A stretch of DNA of 24,000 nucleotides from contig CBDULZ010000028.1 of assembly GCA_965368185.1 (NCBI GenBank), positions 11,716 through 35,715 of the forward strand, read 5' to 3'. This DNA is from an uncultured Kriegella sp. Its GTDB lineage: Bacteria; Bacteroidota; Bacteroidia; Flavobacteriales; Flavobacteriaceae. Shown here one piece after another: positions 1 through 7,194 of the stretch. The translations under genes were made by a program, and so were the position numbers. The notes beneath the pieces were generated by a model. It was not told the origin of the DNA, made no database searches, and saw only the letters and a program-made list of their open reading frames with translations. Each line of letters opens with the position of its first letter. Position 1 is the first letter of the stretch.

Positions 1-890
1 ACAATCCGTTCTTTGTTATGCAATAAAACTGCCGCAGAAGAACCAACTCCCAAGTCATTGGTAAGATGATACCTGATTTCATTCAGATTACTCTCCTTTT
101 TCGTCTCAAATAGCGGGAATTCCCATAAATTTTGCCAAATGCCCTTACCCTTCCGTTGCTGTAATCTAACTTGATTTTTACAATCGATCATAACCAAATA
201 GTTGAAAAACCGCTTTTTTATTTTGGTCTTGTTAATCTTTACAGGAAGAAAATCTACTATGTTTTTTTGAAGTGCAACGCAACTATCATTCAATGGACAA
301 ATCCCACAATTGGGGTTCTTTGGGGCACACTGTATGGCGCCGAACTCCATGATGGCCTGATTATAATCACGTATGTTCTTCAGGTTCATTACCTCACGAG
401 CCAATTGTTTGAAGTATTTGATCCCAGCGGCACTATTTATAGGCTTATCAACACCAAAGTAACGTGCCAAAACCCGATATACATTGCCATCAACAACTGG
501 TTGGGGCTCGTCAAAACATATCGATGCGATTGCGCTGGCCGTGTAGTCGCCAACACCCTTTAATTCTAAAAGTTCTTTATAGGTATTGGGGAAATGACCA
601 TCATACTCTTCTACCACCATTTTGGCCGTAGCGTGTAAATTTCTGGCCCTGGAATAGTACCCGAGACCCTGCCAGAGTTTTAAGACCTGCTCTTCAGAAG
701 CGCTAGCCAAATGTTCTACGGCAGGAAATGTTTCATTAAATTTTAAATAGTAGGGCAAACCCTGCGCAACCCGGGTCTGTTGTAGCATAATTTCGGACAA
801 CCAAATCTTGTAAGGATCTCGCGTACTTCGCCATGGAAGTGAGCGTTTATTAGTTGAATACCAAAGGAGAATTTTTTCGGAAAAAGACAT
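1..890 (-). CDS. mutY: A/G-specific adenine DNA glycosylase MutY. About 296 N-terminal aa are present and the C-terminus runs off the window start.
   Basis: It is absent from the ORF track because the frame is open to the window edge. The reverse complement from the ATG (cat at 888-890) reads MSFSEKILLWYSTNKRSLPWRSTRDPYKIWLSEIMLQQTRVAQGLPYY, the MutY/HhH-GPD N-terminal signature. The reverse complement of ~250-310 reads CAPKNPNCGICPLNDSC, which is the C-x6-C-x2-C-x5-C [4Fe-4S] loop of the Nth/MutY family. Confidence 0.9.
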   Translation of the reverse strand, partial: MSFSEKILLWYSTNKRSLPWRSTRDPYKIWLSEIMLQQTRVAQGLPYYLKFNETFPAVEHLASASEEQVLKLWQGLGYYSRARNLHATAKMVVEEYDGHFPNTYKELLELKGVGDYTASAIASICFDEPQPVVDGNVYRVLARYFGVDKPINSAAGIKYFKQLAREVMNLKNIRDYNQAIMEFGAIQCAPKNPNCGICPLNDSCVALQKNIVDFLPVKINKTKIKKRFFNYLVMIDCKNQVRLQQRKGKGIWQNLWEFPLFETKKESNLNEIRYHLTNDLGVGSSAAVLLHNKERI

Positions 891-971
891 CAACAAGAAT
901 AGTGATTAACAAAAGTAACGGTTTATCTACTTAAAATTAGTTCTTTAGCCGTAAAGATTGAATTTAATTTA

Positions 972-979
972 TATATTTG
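972..979 (+). promoter_or_regulatory. Candidate Bacteroidetes sigma-A -7 box (TATATTTG) for the HU gene
   Basis: It is an exact match to the published Bacteroidetes -7 consensus TAnnTTTG. It lies 37 nt upstream of the ATG at 1017 and is followed by an A-rich leader without a Shine-Dalgarno sequence. I found no convincing -33 TTG at the canonical spacing. Confidence 0.4.
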
Positions 980-1016
980 CAACCCAAAAAAACATACAGA
1001 AAATCTAAAATTCAAG

Positions 1017-1307
1017 ATGACGAAAGCGGAAATTGTATCGAAAATCTCAGACAAACTGGGAATTGAAAAAGGTGATGTGCAAGCAACGGTCGAAACATTC
1101 ATGGAAGAAGTAAAATCTTCATTAGAAGGCGGAGACAATGTTTACCTCAGAGGTTTTGGAAGTTTTATCGTTAAAACGAGAGCTGAAAAAACAGGAAGAA
1201 ACATTTCGAAGAACACCACTATTAAAATACCCGCCCATAATATCCCTGCATTTAAACCTGCAAAGGTTTTTGTTGAAGGAGTTAAGAGCAATGTCCGGGT
1301 TAAATAA
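1017..1307 (+). CDS. HU/IHF family nucleoid-associated DNA-binding protein
   Basis: The 96-aa product reads MTKAEIVSKISDKLGIEKGDVQATVETFMEEVKSSLEGGDNVYLRGFGSFIVKTRAEKTGRNISKNTTIKIPAHNIPAFKPAK. This has the typical HU fold signature (RGFGSF ... R.GRNP-like arm ... F KP). Confidence 0.9.
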   Translation: MTKAEIVSKISDKLGIEKGDVQATVETFMEEVKSSLEGGDNVYLRGFGSFIVKTRAEKTGRNISKNTTIKIPAHNIPAFKPAKVFVEGVKSNVRVK

Positions 1308-1336
1308 ATTAAGAATAATCACTAAAGGAGAACTTT

Positions 1337-1426
1337 ATGCCGAGCGGTAAGAAAAGAAAAAGACATAAGGTAGCTACCCACAAACGTAAAAAACGTAGGA
1401 GAGCTAACCGACACAAGAAAAAGTAG
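1337..1426 (+). CDS. 29-aa hyper-basic micro-protein, possibly a bS22-type small ribosomal protein
   Basis: It is not in the ORF track because it is too short. ATG 1337 to TAG 1424-1426 encodes MPSGKKRKRHKVATHKRKKRRRANRHKKK, with 21 of 29 residues K/R/H. AAAGGAG at 1324-1330 lies 6 nt upstream of the ATG. A hairpin plus T-tract terminator begins at the stop codon. From memory, the pattern KKRKR..K..HKRK..RR..R resembles the mycobacterial bS22 peptide. Confidence 0.6.
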   Translation: MPSGKKRKRHKVATHKRKKRRRANRHKKK

Positions 1427-1450
1427 TTTTAAAAACTACTTTTTCGTTTT
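1421..1450 (+). terminator. Rho-independent terminator after the HU and micro-ORF unit
   Basis: aagtagt (1421-1427) pairs with actactt (1435-1441) across the loop tttaaaa, followed by tttcgtttt. The stem includes the TAG stop of the micro-ORF. Confidence 0.7.
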
Positions 1451-1468
1451 AATACGTTCTTTGACATA

Positions 1469-1488
1469 GAAATTCATAAATGAATTTC
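1469..1488. repeat. 20-nt dyad GAAATTCAT-AA-ATGAATTTC in the rng upstream region
   Basis: The arms are a perfect 9-bp inverted repeat separated by 2 nt, checked base by base. It could be an operator or an RNA hairpin. Confidence 0.5.
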
Positions 1489-1527
1489 GACGGGTTTATA
1501 CAACCTGTTTTGACAATTGTTTAATCT

Positions 1528-1547
1528 ATCTGCCCTAGTTGGCAGAT
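1528..1547 (+). promoter_or_regulatory. Leader hairpin 15 nt upstream of the likely rng start
   Basis: atctgcc (1528-1534) pairs with ggcagat (1541-1547), a perfect 7-bp stem with the 6-nt loop ctagtt. No T-tract follows, so it is not a terminator. Confidence 0.4.
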
Positions 1548-1561
1548 ATAAATACATTCAG

Positions 1562-3109
1562 GTGAATAGAGAATTAATCGTAAGATCTAGTTCAGATGCT
1601 GTCGATTTTGCCTTGTTAAAGGATGGAAAACTCACTGAATTGCATAAAGAAGAAGACAACAACAACTTTTCTGTTGGTGACATATTTCTGGCTAAGGTAC
1701 GCAAACCCGTAACTGGCCTTAACGCTGCCTTCGTTAATGTGGGTTATGAAAAAGATGCTTTTCTGCATTATCATGACCTTGGTCCGCAACTTTCCTCTAT
1801 GCTAAAATTCATAAAAGGAGTAAGTACAGGAAAACTTAGGGATTACACCTTAAAAAATTTCCATTTTGAAAAAGATATTGATAAAAATGGCAGCATTATC
1901 GATGTCATAAAAGCCAATCAATCCTTATTGGTGCAAATCGTAAAAGAACCAATTTCCACCAAAGGGCCAAGAATCAGTTCGGAGCTTTCATTAGCCGGAC
2001 GTTACTTGGTTATGGTACCTTTTTCAGATCGTGTTTCCGTCTCACAAAAGATAGGAAGCAAAGAAGAAAAAGATAGGCTAAAAAGACTTGTTACAAGTAT
2101 TAAGCCAAAGGGTTTCGGAGTAATTATACGAACGGTAGCCCAAGGTAAAAAAGTCGCTGAACTGGATAAAGATTTGGAAAACTTGCTGAACAAATGGTCA
2201 GCAATGTGTAAAAAATTGTACAGGGCGCATACCCCCTCTAAAGTATTGGTCGAGCTCAATAGGGCCTCTTCTATCTTGAGGGATGTTTTCAACGATACCT
2301 TTACGGGTATTCACGTTGATAGCGAAACGCTATTTGCACAAATTCAAGATTATGTGCAAGAGATAGCGCCAGGCAAGGAATCCATGGTAAAATTGTACAA
2401 TAACCCTGTTCCAATTTTTGAAAAATTTGGAATCGAGAGGCAAATAAAAACCTCTTTTGGCCGAACTGCCTCAATGAGCAAAGGTGCCTATCTGATTATA
2501 GAGCACACCGAAGCATTGCACGTTATTGACGTGAACAGCGGTAATCGTTCAAACAAGGCCAAGAATCAAGAAGACACCGCCTTGGAAGTAAATATTTTGG
2601 CGGCTTCTGAAATTGCACGGCAATTACGCCTTCGCGATATGGGAGGCATCATCGTAGTAGATTTTATAGACATGGTTAAAGCGCCTCATAGGAGAAAGCT
2701 ATTTGACCATCTCAGAGACGAAATGAAAGATGACCGTGCCAAACATAAAATTCTACCTCCGAGCAAGTTTGGTCTTATTCAGATTACCAGACAACGGGTA
2801 CGGCCCGAAATGAATATTAAAACAACAGAGGAAAACCCTAACGGCAGTGGCCAACAGGTTGAAGCCCCTATTGTTTTGATAGACAAGATAAACTCCGATT
2901 TGGAAAAGCTTTTAAAAGGTCCGAAAAAGGATAATGGCATTATTTTGAACATACATCCGTTTATTGCCGCCTATATTACTAAGGGTTTTCCCTCCATACG
3001 CTCCAAATGGTTCTTAGAGCACAAAAAATGGGTCAAAATACAACCTAGGGATGCCTATACGTATCTCGAATACCGTTTTAAAGACAAAGACGGCAAAACA
3101 ATTTATTAA
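1562..3109 (+). CDS. rng: Rne/Rng family ribonuclease (RNase E/G catalytic domain protein)
   Basis: There is an S1-like N-terminus (VGDIFLAKVRKPVTGLNAAFVNVGYEKDAFLH). The catalytic core reads ...HTEALHVIDVNSG... and GGIIVVDFIDM, and is followed by LPPSKFGLIQITRQR. The track start is TTG 1517. I prefer the in-frame GTG at 1562 (VNRELIVRSS...), because homologues begin about there and the leader hairpin at 1528-1547 would otherwise be coding. The start remains uncertain. Confidence 0.9.
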   Translation: MNRELIVRSSSDAVDFALLKDGKLTELHKEEDNNNFSVGDIFLAKVRKPVTGLNAAFVNVGYEKDAFLHYHDLGPQLSSMLKFIKGVSTGKLRDYTLKNFHFEKDIDKNGSIIDVIKANQSLLVQIVKEPISTKGPRISSELSLAGRYLVMVPFSDRVSVSQKIGSKEEKDRLKRLVTSIKPKGFGVIIRTVAQGKKVAELDKDLENLLNKWSAMCKKLYRAHTPSKVLVELNRASSILRDVFNDTFTGIHVDSETLFAQIQDYVQEIAPGKESMVKLYNNPVPIFEKFGIERQIKTSFGRTASMSKGAYLIIEHTEALHVIDVNSGNRSNKAKNQEDTALEVNILAASEIARQLRLRDMGGIIVVDFIDMVKAPHRRKLFDHLRDEMKDDRAKHKILPPSKFGLIQITRQRVRPEMNIKTTEENPNGSGQQVEAPIVLIDKINSDLEKLLKGPKKDNGIILNIHPFIAAYITKGFPSIRSKWFLEHKKWVKIQPRDAYTYLEYRFKDKDGKTIY

Positions 3110-3118
3110 ATGCTAAAA

Positions 3119-3147
3119 GCGACTTCGGCAACGGAGTCGCTTTTTTT
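3119..3147 (+). terminator. Rho-independent terminator of rng
   Basis: gcgact (3119-3124) pairs with agtcgc (3135-3140) across the loop tcggcaacgg, followed by ttttttt. Confidence 0.8.
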
Positions 3148-3260
3148 ATACCCAAATGTTACTTACGTCCAGAGTGACTGAGATGAAGCATCACATGACA
3201 GGTTCAAAACTGAACCTTATTATTTACTGCTATCCTTTTCTGCGTCGACGCACAATTTAA

Positions 3261-3268
3261 TATATTTG
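3261..3268 (+). promoter_or_regulatory. Candidate -7 box (TATATTTG) for the sulfatase gene
   Basis: It is an exact TAnnTTTG match, identical to the box upstream of the HU gene, and lies 24 nt upstream of ATG 3293. It overlaps the TTG at 3266 used by the ORF track, which argues against that start. Confidence 0.4.
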
Positions 3269-3292
3269 GCTTTCACCACAACTAGATATCCA

Positions 3293-5182
3293 ATGCCCGA
3301 CAAAATGATCATCTACCCCAGAAAGCACCCTATCTTTTATTGTCTTATACCCATCTTCGCTCTTTTGGGCTCGTGTATTTCAACAAGTAATCAAGACCTA
3401 CAACCTCCCAATATTGTATGGATATCCTCGGAAGACAATTCAAAACACTATATGGAATTGTTTGATGCCAATGGTGTGGCGACACCGAATATAAAAGCTT
3501 TGGCCGAAAGCGGTTTGCTATTCAACAAATGTTTTTCCAATGCACCGGTATGCAGCGTTGCCCGATCCACCCTAATTTCAGGCTGTTATGCCCCCCGGGT
3601 AGGCGCCCAGTATCATAGAAAACTACAAAAAGTACCGATGCCCGAGAACGTTCAGATGTTTCCTGCCTTTTTGAGAGAGGCAGGCTATCACACCTCGAAT
3701 AACAGCAAAGAAGATTACAATTTCTTTAAAAGTGACAGTGTTTGGGACGAATCTTCGAAGACGGCTAGTTGGAAAAATAGAAATGGCGAGCAGCCTTTTT
3801 TTCATGTTTTTAATATTGGTACCACCCATGAAAGCAGTCTACACTTTGACACTGCACAAATGCAAGCCACCAAGACCGAAACTGATTCCGATTCATTCAC
3901 CGTACAGCCCAACCACCCAGACACTGAACTTTTCAACTACACCAACGCCCGATACCGCGATAACATTGTTAAGATGGATAAGCAGGTCGGCGAAGTTGTT
4001 GAAGAGCTTAAAAAAGAGGGGTTGCTCGACAACACCTTTATTTTTTATTTTGGAGATCATGGCGGAGTACTCCCTGGCAGCAAAGGATATATTTATGAAA
4101 CAGGGCTGCACGTTCCTTTGGTGGTTCATATACCCAACAAATACGCACATTTAATAGATTCCGAAATAGGTAGCACCTTAGAAGCCTTCGTAAGTTTTAT
4201 AGACTTTGCTCCGACAGTTCTAAATCTAGCTGGTGTAGCTATTCCCAATGCCATCGACGGCAAACCTTTTCTTGGCAAGAACGTCAACGCCGATGATCTG
4301 GCCCGTCGCAATGAAACGTATAGCTACGCTGACCGATTCGATGAAAAGTACGATATGGTACGTGCTGTTCGAAAAGGCAAATACAAGTACATTAGAAACT
4401 ACCAACCTTTTAATTTTGATGGGTTGATGAACAATTACAGATACAAACAGCTCGCTTATCAAGAATGGTCGGAGTTGTATCAGAAGGGTAAATTGAACGA
4501 AATTCAATCGCAATTCTTTAAGTCTCGTGCACCTGAACAACTCTTTGATGTTGAGGCAGATCCCTATGAAACCCAAAATTTGGCACATGACGCAGAATTT
4601 GCCGATATTCTAAAGGAAATGCGCCAAAAACTAATCCACTGGACGGAAGAAATGCCCGATTTATCTTTCTTTCCCGAACATTTTCTAATTGAGAATGCTT
4701 TTGAAAATCCGGTTGTATTCGGACAAGCCAACAAAAGCAATATTCAAAAATATAGGGCCATTGCCGATTTAAGCTTGACCAATTTCACAGAGGCCGAAAA
4801 AACCTTACGAATAAGTCTGCAATCCGAAGACCCATGGGAACGTTATTGGGGACTTATCGTTTGTACCACTTTTAAAGAAGAGGCTATCACCCTAGCACCA
4901 CTGGCAAAAACGGTGGCTCAAACTGACCCTGAACCAATTAACAGGGTTAGGGCGGCAGAATTTCTGGGTATTATAAAAGCGGAAAATCCGGTTCAAGTGA
5001 TAACCGATGCCTTATACCAGGCACAAAACGGCACTGAAGCTTTACTTATTTTGAATTCAATAGTATTGCTTAGGGATGGCGACTCAAAATATATTTTTGA
5101 AATAGACAGGAATAAGATTTCCGAAGAAGTAAAAGAAAACGAAGAAGTAAAAAGAAGATTGGCATATCTCGCTCCAGCATAA
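3293..5182 (+). CDS. Lipoprotein S1-type sulfatase with a C-terminal HEAT/armadillo-like repeat region
   Basis: The signal peptide ends in a lipobox (LLGSC). The sulfatase core reads PPNIVWISSEDNS...APVCSVARSTLISG...FYFGDHGG. The last ~190 aa look HEAT-like (DPWERYWGLIV..., DPEPINRVRAAEFLGIIK...). The start could be ATG 3293 or ATG 3305. Confidence 0.85.
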   Translation: MPDKMIIYPRKHPIFYCLIPIFALLGSCISTSNQDLQPPNIVWISSEDNSKHYMELFDANGVATPNIKALAESGLLFNKCFSNAPVCSVARSTLISGCYAPRVGAQYHRKLQKVPMPENVQMFPAFLREAGYHTSNNSKEDYNFFKSDSVWDESSKTASWKNRNGEQPFFHVFNIGTTHESSLHFDTAQMQATKTETDSDSFTVQPNHPDTELFNYTNARYRDNIVKMDKQVGEVVEELKKEGLLDNTFIFYFGDHGGVLPGSKGYIYETGLHVPLVVHIPNKYAHLIDSEIGSTLEAFVSFIDFAPTVLNLAGVAIPNAIDGKPFLGKNVNADDLARRNETYSYADRFDEKYDMVRAVRKGKYKYIRNYQPFNFDGLMNNYRYKQLAYQEWSELYQKGKLNEIQSQFFKSRAPEQLFDVEADPYETQNLAHDAEFADILKEMRQKLIHWTEEMPDLSFFPEHFLIENAFENPVVFGQANKSNIQKYRAIADLSLTNFTEAEKTLRISLQSEDPWERYWGLIVCTTFKEEAITLAPLAKTVAQTDPEPINRVRAAEFLGIIKAENPVQVITDALYQAQNGTEALLILNSIVLLRDGDSKYIFEIDRNKISEEVKENEEVKRRLAYLAPA

Positions 5183-5231
5183 AAAAAATGATTCAGCAAC
5201 ATATTGTACACTTCGCCCCGTTTTACTTACA

Positions 5232-5705
5232 ATGACCGACTACAAAGCATATACACTTTCTGAGGCTACAAAAAAAATGGAAGGCTACTGCGCGTACCAG
5301 GAGCGTTGTCACAAAGAGGTTGCCACGAAGTTACGGGAAATGCGAATGATTCCTGAGGCCATTGACCAAATCATAGTCCATCTTATCAAAGAAAACTATT
5401 TAAATGAAGAGCGTTTTGTCCAAAGTTATGTCCGTGGTAAATTCAACATCAAAAAATGGGGAAAAAGACGCATCGAAATAGAACTAAAACGTCGCGACAT
5501 CTCGCATTTTCTAATCACAACGGCTCTAAAGGAAATTGATAACAACACCTATCAAGAAACCCTCGACGCTCTAATTCATAAGAAATTGGCAACACTGAAA
5601 GAGCCCAACATTCAAAAGAGAAAAAGGAAACTAGCCAATTATCTCTTGTATCGAGGATGGGAAAGTCATTTGATCTATGACAAAATAAATGAATTCGTCA
5701 AATAA
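5232..5705 (+). CDS. recX: Regulatory protein RecX
   Basis: The product is 157 aa. The N-terminus YCAYQERCHKEVATKL..., the repeated three-helix modules (ENYLNEERFVQSYVRGK...KWGKRRIEIELKRRDIS) and the overall size are typical of RecX. Confidence 0.85.
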   Translation: MTDYKAYTLSEATKKMEGYCAYQERCHKEVATKLREMRMIPEAIDQIIVHLIKENYLNEERFVQSYVRGKFNIKKWGKRRIEIELKRRDISHFLITTALKEIDNNTYQETLDALIHKKLATLKEPNIQKRKRKLANYLLYRGWESHLIYDKINEFVK

Positions 5706-5714
5706 CCAGAAAAC

Positions 5715-6212
5715 CTATTGTATATTGAACGAAGCCCCGATATTGATTGTGAACTGATTATGAAGCTTTTCCGCGGCCGTCAAGTTTTCGGTTTTGTATT
5801 TTGCAATCGGAGTCTGTAATTCGGTAAAAACCCCAAAGCCATCGGTAAAGAAATATCGAGCCCCCAAATGGCCGCCAAAGTTCTTTAACCCTAAATTGAG
5901 CCCTGGATAAATATCTACATTATCACCCAATTGGAATACACTTCCTAGATTGGCATTAAATTTCGCCTTAAGGTCTATTCGATCACTAAAATCGGCATCT
6001 AAAATAGAATTCACCCCCAAAAGGTAGGTCGATGCGGCCCCAATCGAAAAATTTTCTCCCAGACCGTAATCCAAGCTTGCCATTATGCCACTCCCATTAT
6101 CTTGAAGGTTCGCACCTATATTCAGTTTTAAATCTCCTTTACCCTCGTACGCTTGGGCACTGACCATAACAGTAGATAAAAGCAACAAGGCCAAAATTGA
6201 TAGTTTTCCCAT
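5715..6212 (-). CDS. Small outer-membrane beta-barrel (porin-family) protein
   Basis: There is a signal peptide (MGKLSILALLLLSTVMVSAQA). The rest shows alternating amphipathic G/aromatic-rich beta-strand patterns through to the C-terminus (..IGASFNIQ). Confidence 0.7.
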   Translation of the reverse strand: MGKLSILALLLLSTVMVSAQAYEGKGDLKLNIGANLQDNGSGIMASLDYGLGENFSIGAASTYLLGVNSILDADFSDRIDLKAKFNANLGSVFQLGDNVDIYPGLNLGLKNFGGHLGARYFFTDGFGVFTELQTPIAKYKTENLTAAEKLHNQFTINIGASFNIQ

Positions 6213-6237
6213 TTTAAAATTGTTAGTGTTTACTATG

Positions 6238-6245
6238 CAAATGTA
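6238..6245 (-). promoter_or_regulatory. Candidate -7 box (TACATTTG on the minus strand) for the OMP gene
   Basis: The plus strand reads caaatgta, so the minus strand reads TACATTTG, an exact TAnnTTTG match. It lies 25 nt upstream of the ATG at 6212. Confidence 0.4.
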
Positions 6246-6246
6246 T

Positions 6247-7125
6247 TTATTTATCTAAGACAGGAGTTCGGGTCGCCTGTTTATTTGTGTTTACGATAGC
6301 CTGTTCATTCTTCCAATCGATCCATTTTTGCCCTTTCAACTTTCGCATCATTGAATCATAGGTGCGCATAACAAATACATTGTATAACCCAATTGCAAAA
6401 TTTATGGGGTTTTTAGGCCATGCCCTTAAGCTCATTGAAAAGCCTGGGGAAATGTACTTCATATAGTGCCAGTAACCCTCTGGCATATAAAGTACTTCAC
6501 CATGGCGGAGTTGGGTTCTATACCCCGATGCTTCCTTCAAAGTAGGCCACCTTTCGAAATCAGGATTGGAAAAATCGATACTCTCGTGTGTAATCAAGGA
6601 ATGCGGCACCTTGTATAGATGCTTGGTTTCCGATTGTGGGAACAGTATACACTCCTTTTTACCTTCAAAATGAAAGTGAAAAATATTCGCCATGTCGATA
6701 TCGTAGTGCATAAAGGTATACGAATCCATTCCCCCGAAAAAGAGCATGGGCAACTTTTTCTTTAATTTCAGACCAAAATCGGGATAGGTGAAGTCGTTTT
6801 GTAGTTCGGGTACTTGTTTGAATATATTCCAGAGAAAAATACGGTATTTTGTAGGCTCGGTTTTCAGCAACTCAATGTAATCGGCCATTTTCATTTGGGC
6901 ATGGGGCTGATTAAAGCCCTCTTCGTGCCTTACTGGGCGATCATCGTACAATGGCACGATTTTATCACCAGCAACCTTTTTAATGTACTCCATATTCCAT
7001 TTGGAGTAGGCAGGCCACTCTTCGATCGATTGTTCGATAACTACCGGTTTCTGGGGTTTAAAGTAGTGTTTGATAAACTCCCTTTTGGTAATCTTTTTGA
7101 CTCTGGGGACGTCTTCTAAATTCAA
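6247..7125 (-). CDS. JmjC/cupin_8-like Fe(II)/2-oxoglutarate oxygenase family protein
   Basis: The product is 292 aa. The N-terminus (ITKREFIKHYFKPQKPVVIE..WPA..KW) is typical of JmjC/cupin-like proteins. Candidate metal ligands are H-x-D in FMHYDID and a distal H in EGYWHYMKY. The start codon is TTG (caa at 7123-7125) and there is no upstream ATG. Confidence 0.75.
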   Translation of the reverse strand: MNLEDVPRVKKITKREFIKHYFKPQKPVVIEQSIEEWPAYSKWNMEYIKKVAGDKIVPLYDDRPVRHEEGFNQPHAQMKMADYIELLKTEPTKYRIFLWNIFKQVPELQNDFTYPDFGLKLKKKLPMLFFGGMDSYTFMHYDIDMANIFHFHFEGKKECILFPQSETKHLYKVPHSLITHESIDFSNPDFERWPTLKEASGYRTQLRHGEVLYMPEGYWHYMKYISPGFSMSLRAWPKNPINFAIGLYNVFVMRTYDSMMRKLKGQKWIDWKNEQAIVNTNKQATRTPVLDK

Positions 7126-7147
7126 GCTTACTAAGGTTATTTGGGTT

Positions 7148-7155
7148 CAAAGTTA
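7148..7155 (-). promoter_or_regulatory. Candidate -7 box (TAACTTTG on the minus strand) for the cupin gene
   Basis: The plus strand reads caaagtta, an exact TAnnTTTG match on the minus strand, 22 nt upstream of the TTG start at 7125. A second match (TAATTTTG, 7179-7186) lies further upstream. Confidence 0.35.
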
Positions 7156-7194
7156 AAAAACCTTACAAAAAATTAGTCCAAAATTAACCTTTGA

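Noticed and set aside
171-563. 130-aa plus-strand ORF from the track
   Set aside because: It lies entirely antisense to a clearly recognisable mutY reading frame (MutY N-terminal signature and 4Fe-4S loop on the minus strand). It is a shadow ORF.
1517-1561. TTG start for rng given by the track
   Set aside because: Homologue N-termini correspond to VNRELIV at GTG 1562, and a perfect hairpin at 1528-1547 would otherwise be coding. It is not excluded, only less likely.
3266-3292. TTG start for the sulfatase given by the track
   Set aside because: The TTG lies inside an exact -7 promoter motif (3261-3268). ATG 3293 or 3305 gives a normal lipoprotein signal peptide.
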